A stretch of 64,000 nucleotides of DNA from positions 11,241-75,240 of the forward strand of contig DASXPG010000106.1 of the NCBI GenBank assembly GCA_036493755.1. Direction: 5' to 3'. Under the pieces are notes generated by a model that saw nothing but the letters and a program-made list of their open reading frames with translations, searched no databases and had not been told where the DNA came from. The stretch comes from Gemmatimonadales bacterium (GTDB taxonomy: Bacteria > Gemmatimonadota > Gemmatimonadetes > Gemmatimonadales > JACORV01). Position numbers and translations under genes: made by a program. Below are positions 9,698 through 17,648 of the stretch, piece after piece (within the stretch, counting starts at the first letter, position 1; the number at the start of each line of letters is the position of its first letter).

Positions 9698-9809
9698 ATG
9701 CTCGACGGCCTCCAGCTTGGCTTTGCCGCGCCGGAGGCCGCCGACATCAGGTGAGGGATCGCACTCTCGTGCCGTTGCTCGAGACATTTGTTCGGGCCTG
9801 ACTGCTGGA

Positions 9810-9891
9810 TGCCCTGGCTCGGATTCGAACCGAGACGCCTTTCGGCACCACCCCCTCAAGATGGCGTGTCTACCAGTTTCACCACCAGGGC
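9810..9891 (-). tRNA. tRNA-Leu (anticodon GAG), long variable arm
   Basis: GCCCTGG TG GTGAAACTGGTAGACAC G CCATC TTGAGGG GGTGG TGCCGAAAGGCGT CTCGG TTCGAAT CCGAG CCAGGGC A. Confidence 0.9.
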
Positions 9892-9906
9892 ATGGGGCCC
9901 GGAAAA

Positions 9907-10518
9907 TTAGGCGGTCTGGAAGTTTTTCTCCACCTCATCCCAGTTCACCACATTCCACCACGCGGCGACATAGTCGGGACGCTTGTTCTGGTACTTGAGG
10001 TAGTAGGCATGCTCCCAGACGTCGAGTCCGAGGATCGCCTTCTTCCCTTCCATCGCCGGATTGTCCTGGTTCGGCGTGTTGGTGATCGCGAGTTTCGCCC
10101 CGTCCTTCACCAGCCAGACCCAGCCCGACCCGAAACGACCCGCGGCCGCGGCGGCCCACTGCTCCTTGAATTTGTCGAAGGAAGTGAACGAGCTGTCGAT
10201 CGCCTGGGCCACGTTCCCCTTGGGGGCGCCGCCCCCGCCTTTCTTCATCAGCGTCCAGAAGGCGCTGTGATTCCAGTGTCCGCCGCCGTTGTTACGGACG
10301 GCGCCGCGGATGGCTTCGGGCACGGCATTGAGATCGGCGAGGATTTCGGTGAGGCCCTTCTTCTGCAGTGCGGGCGCCTTTTCGAGCGCCTCGTTGAGCT
10401 TGGTGACGTAGGTGCCGTGGTGCTTGTCGTGATGAATGGTCATCGTCTGCGCATCGATGTGCGGCTCGAGGGCGGCGGCATCGTACGGCAGCGGTGGGAG
10501 CGTGAAAGGGTACGGCAT
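9907..10518 (-). CDS. sodA: Superoxide dismutase, Fe/Mn family (Mn-type residues)
   Basis: [34 protein letters not shown], then [18 protein letters not shown] and [21 protein letters not shown]. The GGH and Q-in-NQDNP pattern resembles MnSOD rather than FeSOD. Confidence 0.95.
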   Translation of the reverse strand: MPYPFTLPPLPYDAAALEPHIDAQTMTIHHDKHHGTYVTKLNEALEKAPALQKKGLTEILADLNAVPEAIRGAVRNNGGGHWNHSAFWTLMKKGGGGAPKGNVAQAIDSSFTSFDKFKEQWAAAAAGRFGSGWVWLVKDGAKLAITNTPNQDNPAMEGKKAILGLDVWEHAYYLKYQNKRPDYVAAWWNVVNWDEVEKNFQTA

Positions 10519-10544
10519 TTCGTGTCCTCGGTTGATGATGTCGA

Positions 10545-10586
10545 ATTGCGGGACAACGGGTGAAGTGTAGAACCGTGCCCCGCAAT
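10545..10586 (-). terminator. Candidate hairpin after the response regulator gene
   Basis: attgcggg (10545-10552) is complementary to cccgcaat (10579-10586). There is no clear U-tract. Confidence 0.3.
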
Positions 10587-10603
10587 CCGCCATCACAACC
10601 GGA

Positions 10604-11242
10604 TCAGCCCGGTTCGCCGGCCTCGAGACTGGCCAGCTGCGGCTCCATGTGGGTTTCGAAGCAGCTCGGGCAGATGCCGTGGCTGAAGGTCACCCCGTAG
10701 CGCGCCACGTATTGATCGAGGCGCTGCCAGTAGTCGTCGTCGTGACGTACGCTGTGGCAATAGGAGCAGATGGGCAGCAAGGCCTCGAGCCGCTCGACAT
10801 TGGCCAGCGCTTCCTGCAGCTCGGCGACCCGCTCGTGGAGCTGGTTCTCGAGCCGCACCACCCGCGCTGCCACGCAGAGCCGCGCCCGCAGCTCGCGGTC
10901 ATCGCAGGGCTTGGTGATGAAGTCGTCGGCGCCGGAATTGAGTCCTTCGGCCACGTTCGCAGCACCGCCGCGCGCGGTCAACAGGATGAGATAGCGCCCC
11001 ATCGACATTGCGCTCGAGCTGATCCGGCGGCACACCTCGGGCCCGTTCATCTCCGGCATCATCCAGTCGAGCAGCGCAATGCTCGGGGCGTTGGGACCTC
11101 GCAACGCTTCGAGCGCGGCGACACCGTCCTCGACGGTAACGACGTCGAAGCCCCAGCTGGCGAGCCGTTCAGCGAGAATGAGTCGCACCGTCGGATCGTC
11201 GTCGGCGACGAGCACCCGGACGGCATCTACGATCGCAGCCAT
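10604..11242 (-). CDS. Response regulator (REC domain) with coiled-coil linker and a C-terminal Cys-rich CxxC...CxxC motif
   Basis: The REC domain shows [21 protein letters not shown] and FITKP. The tail is [47 protein letters not shown] 11242 is preceded by GGAGG. Confidence 0.85.
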   Translation of the reverse strand: MAAIVDAVRVLVADDDPTVRLILAERLASWGFDVVTVEDGVAALEALRGPNAPSIALLDWMMPEMNGPEVCRRISSSAMSMGRYLILLTARGGAANVAEGLNSGADDFITKPCDDRELRARLCVAARVVRLENQLHERVAELQEALANVERLEALLPICSYCHSVRHDDDYWQRLDQYVARYGVTFSHGICPSCFETHMEPQLASLEAGEPG

Positions 11243-11356
11243 ACAAAGCCTCCTCTGGTCATGTTCTGCATCACGCGAACAAGGATGCCCAGAAGGCCGC
11301 GACCGGTCGGTAGGCAAGAATGAAGGCCGCCCGTAGGGAGGGCCCTACAGCACGGG

Positions 11357-12229
11357 TCAGCGCCCCAGCTTCTCCCGGAAGAAGGCGATGGTGCGGGGCC
11401 AGGCGGCCTGCGACGCCCGCAGGTTGGCGCCATCGCGATCGGCCTGAGCCCGGAGAAATCCGTGGCCGGCGCCTTCGAACAGAGTCGCATCAAACGGCTT
11501 GTGGAGCCGGGCCATTTCACGCTGCGCCGGCGGCACCGATGCATCCACACGGGCATCATCGCCGCCATAGAAACCGAGCACCGGGGCGCTGATGCGTCCC
11601 AACGAGGCGCTGTCGGGCGTAGGTGCGCCGTAGTACACCACCGCGGCTTTGTTGCCTCCCATCGAATACGCGGCCGCGAAGCTCTGGCCGCCGCCCCAGC
11701 AGAAACCCACCGTGCCGAAGATCGGCCGAGCGGCGGGAAGCCCGGTGCCGTAACGCGCCGCGGACATCAGCCGCCGGTTGATCTGGTCCTGCGAGAGCGT
11801 GCGGATCAACGCGACCGCGCCCTGGCGGTCGACCGATTCGGTGCCGCCACCGTTAGGCCCGTGCCCGGTCAGCAGGTCGGGCGCCACGGCGATATAGCCC
11901 TCGGCAGCGAGCTGGTCGGCAACGCCGCGGATCCAGTCGGAGAGCCCGAAGACCTCGTGGATCACCACCACGACCGGCGCCTTGTCGCGTCGCTCGGGAT
12001 AGGAGACCCACATCCGGACGCTGTCGCCGCCTCCGGCGTCGATCTTCACGTATTCACCGTGGCGGGGTGAGGCGTTGAGGCGGTCGACCGCACCGGCCTC
12101 ATCGGCGGGGAGTTGCTGAGCTGGCGCCGACCGGGCGGTGTGCGCACACCCGACAACGGCGAGGGCCGGCAGTACCCGCAGCAACAGGCTGCGGCAACTG
12201 TGGCGACGGAGGCGACGGTTGGCTGTCAT
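11357..12229 (-). CDS. Dienelactone hydrolase family protein (secreted or lipoprotein)
   Basis: Signal/lipobox-like N-terminus ending ALAVVGC. Motifs: VVVIHEVFGLSDWIRGVADQLAAEGYIAVAPDL, nucleophile region GTVGFCWGGG, and C-terminal GAGHGF. Confidence 0.85.
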   Translation of the reverse strand: MTANRRLRRHSCRSLLLRVLPALAVVGCAHTARSAPAQQLPADEAGAVDRLNASPRHGEYVKIDAGGGDSVRMWVSYPERRDKAPVVVVIHEVFGLSDWIRGVADQLAAEGYIAVAPDLLTGHGPNGGGTESVDRQGAVALIRTLSQDQINRRLMSAARYGTGLPAARPIFGTVGFCWGGGQSFAAAYSMGGNKAAVVYYGAPTPDSASLGRISAPVLGFYGGDDARVDASVPPAQREMARLHKPFDATLFEGAGHGFLRAQADRDGANLRASQAAWPRTIAFFREKLGR

Positions 12230-12307
12230 CAGTGAAACCTGCCTTTCGAGCAGAGCGTACGCCAGTTAGACGCTCTCGCCCTCCTTACGCCGCCAGGAGC
12301 TGTCCCG

Positions 12308-14740
12308 ATGCGCAACTTCGTCACCGACCTCCGCTACGGCCTTCGGATGCTGCTCAAGCATCCCGGACTCGCGACCATCTCGGTCACCGCCCTGGCGCTG
12401 GGCATCGGGCTCACGGCCATGATGTGGAGCATCGTCTACGGCGCGCTCATGCGCGACATGCCTTTCGAGCGCGGCCAGGACCTGGTGTACGTGCGGCGCT
12501 ACCGGCCGGATCGCGGGCCCAACAACAACATGTCCATGCCGGTCCACGACTACGAGGCGTACCGCGCGGGCCAGCACGCTTTCGAGGACATGGCCTCGTG
12601 GTACGAGGGCACGGTCAACGTGAGCGGCATCGAAGGGCGTCCCGAACGATTTACCGGCGGCTTCATCACTCCGTCGGCCTTCCGCCTTCTGCGGCTGCCC
12701 CCGCGGCTCGGCCGCGCCTTCACCGACGACGACAACAAGGCCGGCGCGCCCAATGTGGCGATGATTTCCTGGGACCTGTGGCAGGAACGCTTCGGCGGCG
12801 ACAGCGCGATCATCGGCAAGACGCTGCGCGCCAACGGCATCTCCGAAGAAATCGTGGGCGTCATGCCGCGCGGTTTCCTGTTCCCCAACGCCTCGAAGCT
12901 GTGGCTCCCGCTGCGCATGAACGCGACGACCCAGCAGCCGTGGGCGTCGGGCACGTGGCTGGAATCGATGGGGCGCCTCAAACCCGGCGCCACGATAGCC
13001 CAGGTGCGCGCCGAGCTGGGGATCGTGGCGGCGCGGCTGGCGCAGGAGCATCCCAAAGAGAACACGGGTATCGCGCCGCTGGTCCAGACACCGAACCAGT
13101 ACCTGGTGCCCGAGGGACCGCGGACCATGCTGTGGACCATGCTGGGCGCGGTCTTCGGCGTGCTGCTGCTGGCCTGCTCCAACGTCGCCAATCTGCTGTT
13201 GGCGCGGGCGGCCATGCGCAGCAAGGAAGTCGCCATCCGCACGGCGCTGGGCGCGAGCCGCGCGCGGGTGATCGGGCAACTGCTCACCGAAGCGCTGGTG
13301 ATCTCCCTCATCGGCTCGGTGATCGGCATCGGCATTGCGGCGGTGGGGGTTCGCTGGTTCAACCACGCACTGCTCCAGACCCAGCTTCCTTTCTGGGTGA
13401 AAATCACGGTTGATCCTCCGATCCTGCTCTTCGTGCTCCTGGTCAGCGTGCTGGCCGCGGTGATCAGCGGCGTGGTACCGGCGCTCCAGGCGACCAACGC
13501 AAAAATCCACGACGTCCTCAAGGACGAGGGTCGCGGGAGCTCCAGCCTGCGGCTGGGCCGGTTCAGCAAGGGGCTGGTAGTGCTGGAGCTCGCGCTCGCG
13601 GGCGGATTGCTGGTGGCGGCGGGATTCATGATCCAGAGCGTCATCCAGCGATCGCACTTCGACTACGGTGTGAGAACGTCGAATGTGCTCACCGCCCGCG
13701 CCGGTTTGTTCGAAACGACCTACCCCGACTCGGCCAGCCACGCGAAGTTCTGGCGCGATCTCGAAGTGCGCATGCAGCAGCTGCCGGCCAACAACGGCGC
13801 CGCGCTGATGACCGCTCTTCCGGGACTCTTCGGCGGCAACGGCGGCACCTTTGCCGTCGAAGGCAAGACCTACGCCACCGACCGCGATTACCCCGAGACC
13901 CGTTCGGTCGCGGTCTCACCATCGTACTTCGCGCTGTTCAAGCTTCAATCAGTGGAAGGCCGGCTGCTGACGGAGAACGACAACGGCGCCACCGCGCAGG
14001 TCGCGGTGGTAACGCGCGGTTTCGCGCTCAAACACTTCCCGGGACAGTCGCCCCTCGGCAAGCGGCTGCGTTTCGGGGACGCCGAATCCACGCAGCCCTG
14101 GCTGACGATCGTGGGCGTGATTCCGGACGTCTGGTACGACGGGACCAACGACACGCCGGCCCGGACGGTCGTGCTGACGTCCATTTACCAGGGCGACTAT
14201 CGGTTCCTGTCGATCGCGATCGGCGCGCCGAGCAATCCGACGGGATTCACCGGCCCGCTTCAGATGGCGGTGCTCGGCGTGGATCGCGACCAGCCGGTCT
14301 ACTTCGTCCGCACCCTCGATGAAGCCATCGCCGCCAACGGCTGGTTCTACACGGTATTCGGCGACCTTTTCGCGAGCTTCGGCGCCGCCGCGCTGTTCCT
14401 CGCGATGATCGGGGTCTATGGCGTGATGTCGTTCGCGGTAACGCGCCGGACGCCGGAGATCGGCGTCCGCATGGCGCTGGGCGCCGGCACGAAGGACGTG
14501 CTGCGGCTCTTCCTGCAGCAGGGCACGATCCAGATCGCCATTGGCCTGCTGCTCGGCGCGGCATTGGCCTTCGGCATTTCGCGCGGCCTGACGTCCGTTC
14601 TCTTCCAGGTGGACATCAACAACGGGCTGATGTACGGGGGCGTTTCGGCGGCGCTGGCGCTGAGCGGCTTCGTCGCGATCCTCATTCCGTCATTGCGCGC
14701 GACCCGCGTAGACCCGCTGAGCGCGCTGAGATACGACTAG
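12308..14740 (+). CDS. ADOP/MacB-like ABC transporter permease (810 aa)
   Basis: Starts MRNFVTDLRYGLRMLLKHPGLATISVTALALGIG. Has [33 protein letters not shown] and RRTPEIGVRMALGA, and ends LSALRYD. No adjacent ATPase gene. Confidence 0.9.
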   Translation: MRNFVTDLRYGLRMLLKHPGLATISVTALALGIGLTAMMWSIVYGALMRDMPFERGQDLVYVRRYRPDRGPNNNMSMPVHDYEAYRAGQHAFEDMASWYEGTVNVSGIEGRPERFTGGFITPSAFRLLRLPPRLGRAFTDDDNKAGAPNVAMISWDLWQERFGGDSAIIGKTLRANGISEEIVGVMPRGFLFPNASKLWLPLRMNATTQQPWASGTWLESMGRLKPGATIAQVRAELGIVAARLAQEHPKENTGIAPLVQTPNQYLVPEGPRTMLWTMLGAVFGVLLLACSNVANLLLARAAMRSKEVAIRTALGASRARVIGQLLTEALVISLIGSVIGIGIAAVGVRWFNHALLQTQLPFWVKITVDPPILLFVLLVSVLAAVISGVVPALQATNAKIHDVLKDEGRGSSSLRLGRFSKGLVVLELALAGGLLVAAGFMIQSVIQRSHFDYGVRTSNVLTARAGLFETTYPDSASHAKFWRDLEVRMQQLPANNGAALMTALPGLFGGNGGTFAVEGKTYATDRDYPETRSVAVSPSYFALFKLQSVEGRLLTENDNGATAQVAVVTRGFALKHFPGQSPLGKRLRFGDAESTQPWLTIVGVIPDVWYDGTNDTPARTVVLTSIYQGDYRFLSIAIGAPSNPTGFTGPLQMAVLGVDRDQPVYFVRTLDEAIAANGWFYTVFGDLFASFGAAALFLAMIGVYGVMSFAVTRRTPEIGVRMALGAGTKDVLRLFLQQGTIQIAIGLLLGAALAFGISRGLTSVLFQVDINNGLMYGGVSAALALSGFVAILIPSLRATRVDPLSALRYD

Positions 14741-14804
14741 AGGAGAGAGGAGCGGGAAGAGCGCTGACTGCGCGCATCGCTCCTCTTTCCCCTCTCCTCT
14801 CTCC
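14741..14804. terminator. Purine-rich/pyrimidine-rich imperfect hairpin between convergent genes
   Basis: aggagagaggagcgggaagagcg (14741-14763) pairs imperfectly with cgctcctctttcccctctcctctctc (14779-14804). It fills the whole gap between two stop codons. Confidence 0.4.
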
Positions 14805-15191
14805 CTACCCAGTCAGTCTCACCCACTGTTCCGGCGTCGCGGGAATCACCGATAGCCGCGGCTGCCTGACGAGGGGCGAGTCCCCGAACTCGTCCATGCC
14901 GCGAATCTCGGCCAGCGTCACCGGCGCGAGTTTCCGGCCGGCTTTCAGATCCACCACGGTGAGCTTGCTGTCCTTGGGATCGGCGTACGGCGCCGAGACA
15001 ACGGTCGCGGTGCCGACAACAGCCTTCTCGGCGCCGGTGTGGTAGATGGCGACCTGGTCGTCCTTCGTCATCGCCTTGATGTTGCGCAGCGCCACCGGAT
15101 TGGTGACGCCGTCCCAGCGCGCCGTGCCCGCGCGCACCAAATCGTCAAACGAGTAGGTCGACGGCTCGGTCTTCAGCACCCAGTGCGCCAT
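14805..15191 (-). CDS. EVE domain-containing protein
   Basis: Starts MAHWVLKTEPSTYSFDDLVRAGTARWDGVTNPVALRNIKAMTKDDQVAIYHTG, typical of the EVE/PUA-like family. ATG 15191 is preceded by GGAGGGAGGG. Confidence 0.8.
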   Translation of the reverse strand: MAHWVLKTEPSTYSFDDLVRAGTARWDGVTNPVALRNIKAMTKDDQVAIYHTGAEKAVVGTATVVSAPYADPKDSKLTVVDLKAGRKLAPVTLAEIRGMDEFGDSPLVRQPRLSVIPATPEQWVRLTG

Positions 15192-15243
15192 ATCCGCCCT
15201 CCCTCCGATATCATTCACGCACGATACCGAGGAAAGCGAAACG

Positions 15244-15954
15244 ATGAAAGTGCGGGCCGGGACCAGTGGATACGCCTACAAGGAGTGGAAGGGGAGTTTC
15301 TACCCCGCCGATCTCAAGTCTGACGCCTTTCTGCCTTACTATGCCGAGCATTTCGACACCGTCGAGATCAACAATACGTTCTATCGCATGCCCACCACCA
15401 CACTTCTCGAGCAGTGGGCGGCGCAGGTTCCCGCGAGCTTCTGCTTCGTGCTCAAGGCGCCGATGCGGCTCACGCACCGCAAACGCCTGAAGGAGTGCGG
15501 CGAGGACCTGAAGTTCTTCGTCGACACGGCGCGCAGCCTCGGCGGGCAGCTCGGCCCCACGCTGATTCAGCTGCCGCCCAACATGAAGAAGGATCTGCCG
15601 AGGCTCCAGGACTTCCTCACGCTGTTGCCGCAGGGATGGCGCGCCGCGTTCGAGTTCCGGCACCAGTCCTGGTTCGACGACGACATCTACAGCCTGCTGC
15701 GCCAGCACGATGCCGCGCTGGTGGCGGCCGAAACCGATCCGGAGGAGACGCCGCTCGACGTGCCGTTCGTCCCGACGGCGAGTTGGGGGTATATGAGACT
15801 CCGGCGCAAAGCCTACGAGCCGGGCGCGCTGCTCGAGTGGGCGAAGCGGATCACGAGCACCGCGTGGGATGATGCGTTCGTATTCTTCAAGCACGAGGAC
15901 GAGGGCACCGGGCCGCGCCTCGCCGCTGAATTCCTGAGGATTCTGAAATCGTGA
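15244..15954 (+). CDS. DUF72 (YecE-like) family protein
   Basis: GTSGYAYKEWKGSFYPADL, FDTVEINNTFYRMP and LIQLPPN match the DUF72 pattern as I remember it. Confidence 0.8.
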   Translation: MKVRAGTSGYAYKEWKGSFYPADLKSDAFLPYYAEHFDTVEINNTFYRMPTTTLLEQWAAQVPASFCFVLKAPMRLTHRKRLKECGEDLKFFVDTARSLGGQLGPTLIQLPPNMKKDLPRLQDFLTLLPQGWRAAFEFRHQSWFDDDIYSLLRQHDAALVAAETDPEETPLDVPFVPTASWGYMRLRRKAYEPGALLEWAKRITSTAWDDAFVFFKHEDEGTGPRLAAEFLRILKS

Positions 15955-17030
15955 TGCAGGCTCATGCGCTGGTGATGCCGGACTTCAACACCTGGTGGCC
16001 ACCCGCCGCGGCGGCGATCGGCGGCCTCGTGGTCGGAGTCCTGGTCCGCCGGACGGTGCTGACCTGGCTCGCCAGGTTGGCGGCGAAGTCGGCCTGGAGG
16101 TTCGACGATGTCCTGATCGCGTCGATCAACGGCCCGGTCGTCATCTGGTTCGTGCTGCTGGGACTGCGGCTCGCGGTGCGGATGATGCCGCTGACCGACG
16201 CCGCCGATCATACCATCGGCACCATCATCCTGATCGTCGGCATCCTGTCGGTCACCTGGGCCCTGGCGCGGTTCACGGCGCGGATGCTCAAGATCGTCGC
16301 GTCGCACCGCCTGCCGAACGTCAGCCTGCTGGCCAACCTCTCGCAGGTCATCGTCTTCTCCATCGGCGTGCTCATCATCTTCGACACGATGGGCCTCCAC
16401 ATCGGCGCCGTCCTCGGCGCCCTCGGCATCGGCGGCCTCGCCGTCGGCCTCGCCCTCCAGGATACCCTGGCAAATTTCTTTGCCGGCCTGCGCATCATCG
16501 CGGCGCACACGATCCGCAGCGGCGATCACGTGAAACTCGAGACCGGCCAGGAAGGGGTGATCGAGGACATCAGCTGGGGCTTGACGACGGTGCGCGAAGG
16601 CGCGGGGAACATGATCATCGTTCCCAACTCCCGGCTCGGCACCATGATCGTGATCAACTACGCGCTGCCGGCGGCGGCCCAGAACGTCACCGTCGACCTG
16701 GGCGTCGGCTACGATGCCGACCTGGACCAGGTCGAGAAGGTGGTGCTCGACGTGGCCCGGGAGACGCTGCGATCGGTACCCGAGGGGATGCCGGACTTCA
16801 TTCCGGCGCTGCGCTTCAAGGAATTTGGTGAGTACTCGATCAAGTTCTTCGTGGTACTGCAGGCCAAGAGCCAGGGCGACCGGTGGGCCGTGGTCTCGGA
16901 CTTCATCAAGCGGCTGCATCGCCGCTTCGAGAAGGAGGGAATCCTGATCCCGCTGCCGCACCGGGTGGTGGTGACGCGGAGCGGGGACCCTAAGCCCGAG
17001 AATCCGCCCGCGTCGCCGGCTTCCCGCTAA
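15951..17030 (+). CDS. Mechanosensitive ion channel (MscS family)
   Basis: Several N-terminal TMs, then the MscS pore/beta-domain pattern GALGIGGLAVGLALQDTLANFFAGLRII...GDHVKL...GVIEDISWGLTTV...IVPNS. Its start overlaps the DUF72 stop. Confidence 0.85.
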   Translation: MMQAHALVMPDFNTWWPPAAAAIGGLVVGVLVRRTVLTWLARLAAKSAWRFDDVLIASINGPVVIWFVLLGLRLAVRMMPLTDAADHTIGTIILIVGILSVTWALARFTARMLKIVASHRLPNVSLLANLSQVIVFSIGVLIIFDTMGLHIGAVLGALGIGGLAVGLALQDTLANFFAGLRIIAAHTIRSGDHVKLETGQEGVIEDISWGLTTVREGAGNMIIVPNSRLGTMIVINYALPAAAQNVTVDLGVGYDADLDQVEKVVLDVARETLRSVPEGMPDFIPALRFKEFGEYSIKFFVVLQAKSQGDRWAVVSDFIKRLHRRFEKEGILIPLPHRVVVTRSGDPKPENPPASPASR

Positions 17031-17607
17031 GAACCGACCGCATCCAGCTGGCCGTCTCATCGGCAATTTCGTCCATCACCGGCTGGTCGCCGCCGCGGAT
17101 CTTCTTCGGAACCTTGAAGCTGTGATCCCCGCCTTCGACCGGATGCAGCGTCACCTCGGCGCCTAACAACTCGATGATCCCGCCCAGCAGCCCGGGCTGC
17201 GCGAATTCATCGCGCGATCCCTGGATGAAGAGCATCGGCACCTTCACCTTCGCCAGGTGGGCGGCGCGCTCGGTGCCCGGCCGGCCCGGGGCGTGCAGGG
17301 GGAAGCCGAGAAAGACCAGCCCGCGCACGCCGGCCAACGGTTCCTCGGATTGCGCCGTGGAGGTCATGCGGCCACCGAACGATTTCCCTCCGGCGAAGAG
17401 CGGCACGCCCGGCGCGGCTTTCGCCGCTTCGGCCACCGCCTCGCGGACCCGCGCCGCGGCAACCGGCGGCGAGTCGGTCCGGCTCTTCTTCTGCTCCATG
17501 TAGAGAAACTCGTACCGGAACGTCCCGATGCCGCAAGCGGCAAGTGCCGTCGCGCACGACTCCATGAAGGGATGATCCATCCCCGCGCCGGCGCCGTGGG
17601 CGAACAC
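16990..17607 (-). CDS. Alpha/beta hydrolase (COG3571/KANL3-like predicted hydrolase); 5' end unresolved
   Basis: Motifs: VFAHGAGAGMDHPFM, FAGGKSFGGRM (nucleophile elbow), MLFIQGSRDEF and GGDHSF. The frame stays open up to the GH15 stop at 17649, with no ATG or GTG until GTG 17607. The true start may be non-canonical, further upstream (CTG 17652). Confidence 0.7.
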   Translation of the reverse strand: MFAHGAGAGMDHPFMESCATALAACGIGTFRYEFLYMEQKKSRTDSPPVAAARVREAVAEAAKAAPGVPLFAGGKSFGGRMTSTAQSEEPLAGVRGLVFLGFPLHAPGRPGTERAAHLAKVKVPMLFIQGSRDEFAQPGLLGGIIELLGAEVTLHPVEGGDHSFKVPKKIRGGDQPVMDEIADETASWMRSVLSGKPATRADSRA

Positions 17608-17648
17608 GTAGACGGCGGCAGCGTCATCCGGGAGAACGAGGCAGTGAT

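Noticed and set aside
12232-13741. ORFs 12232-13413 (+), 12266-13741 (-) and 12550-13644 (-)
   Set aside because: These are alternative frames of the 12308-14740 permease gene with low-complexity products.
15813-17066. 417-aa minus-strand ORF antisense to the MscS gene
   Set aside because: The product is a charged low-complexity string, whereas the plus frame gives a clean MscS-family protein.
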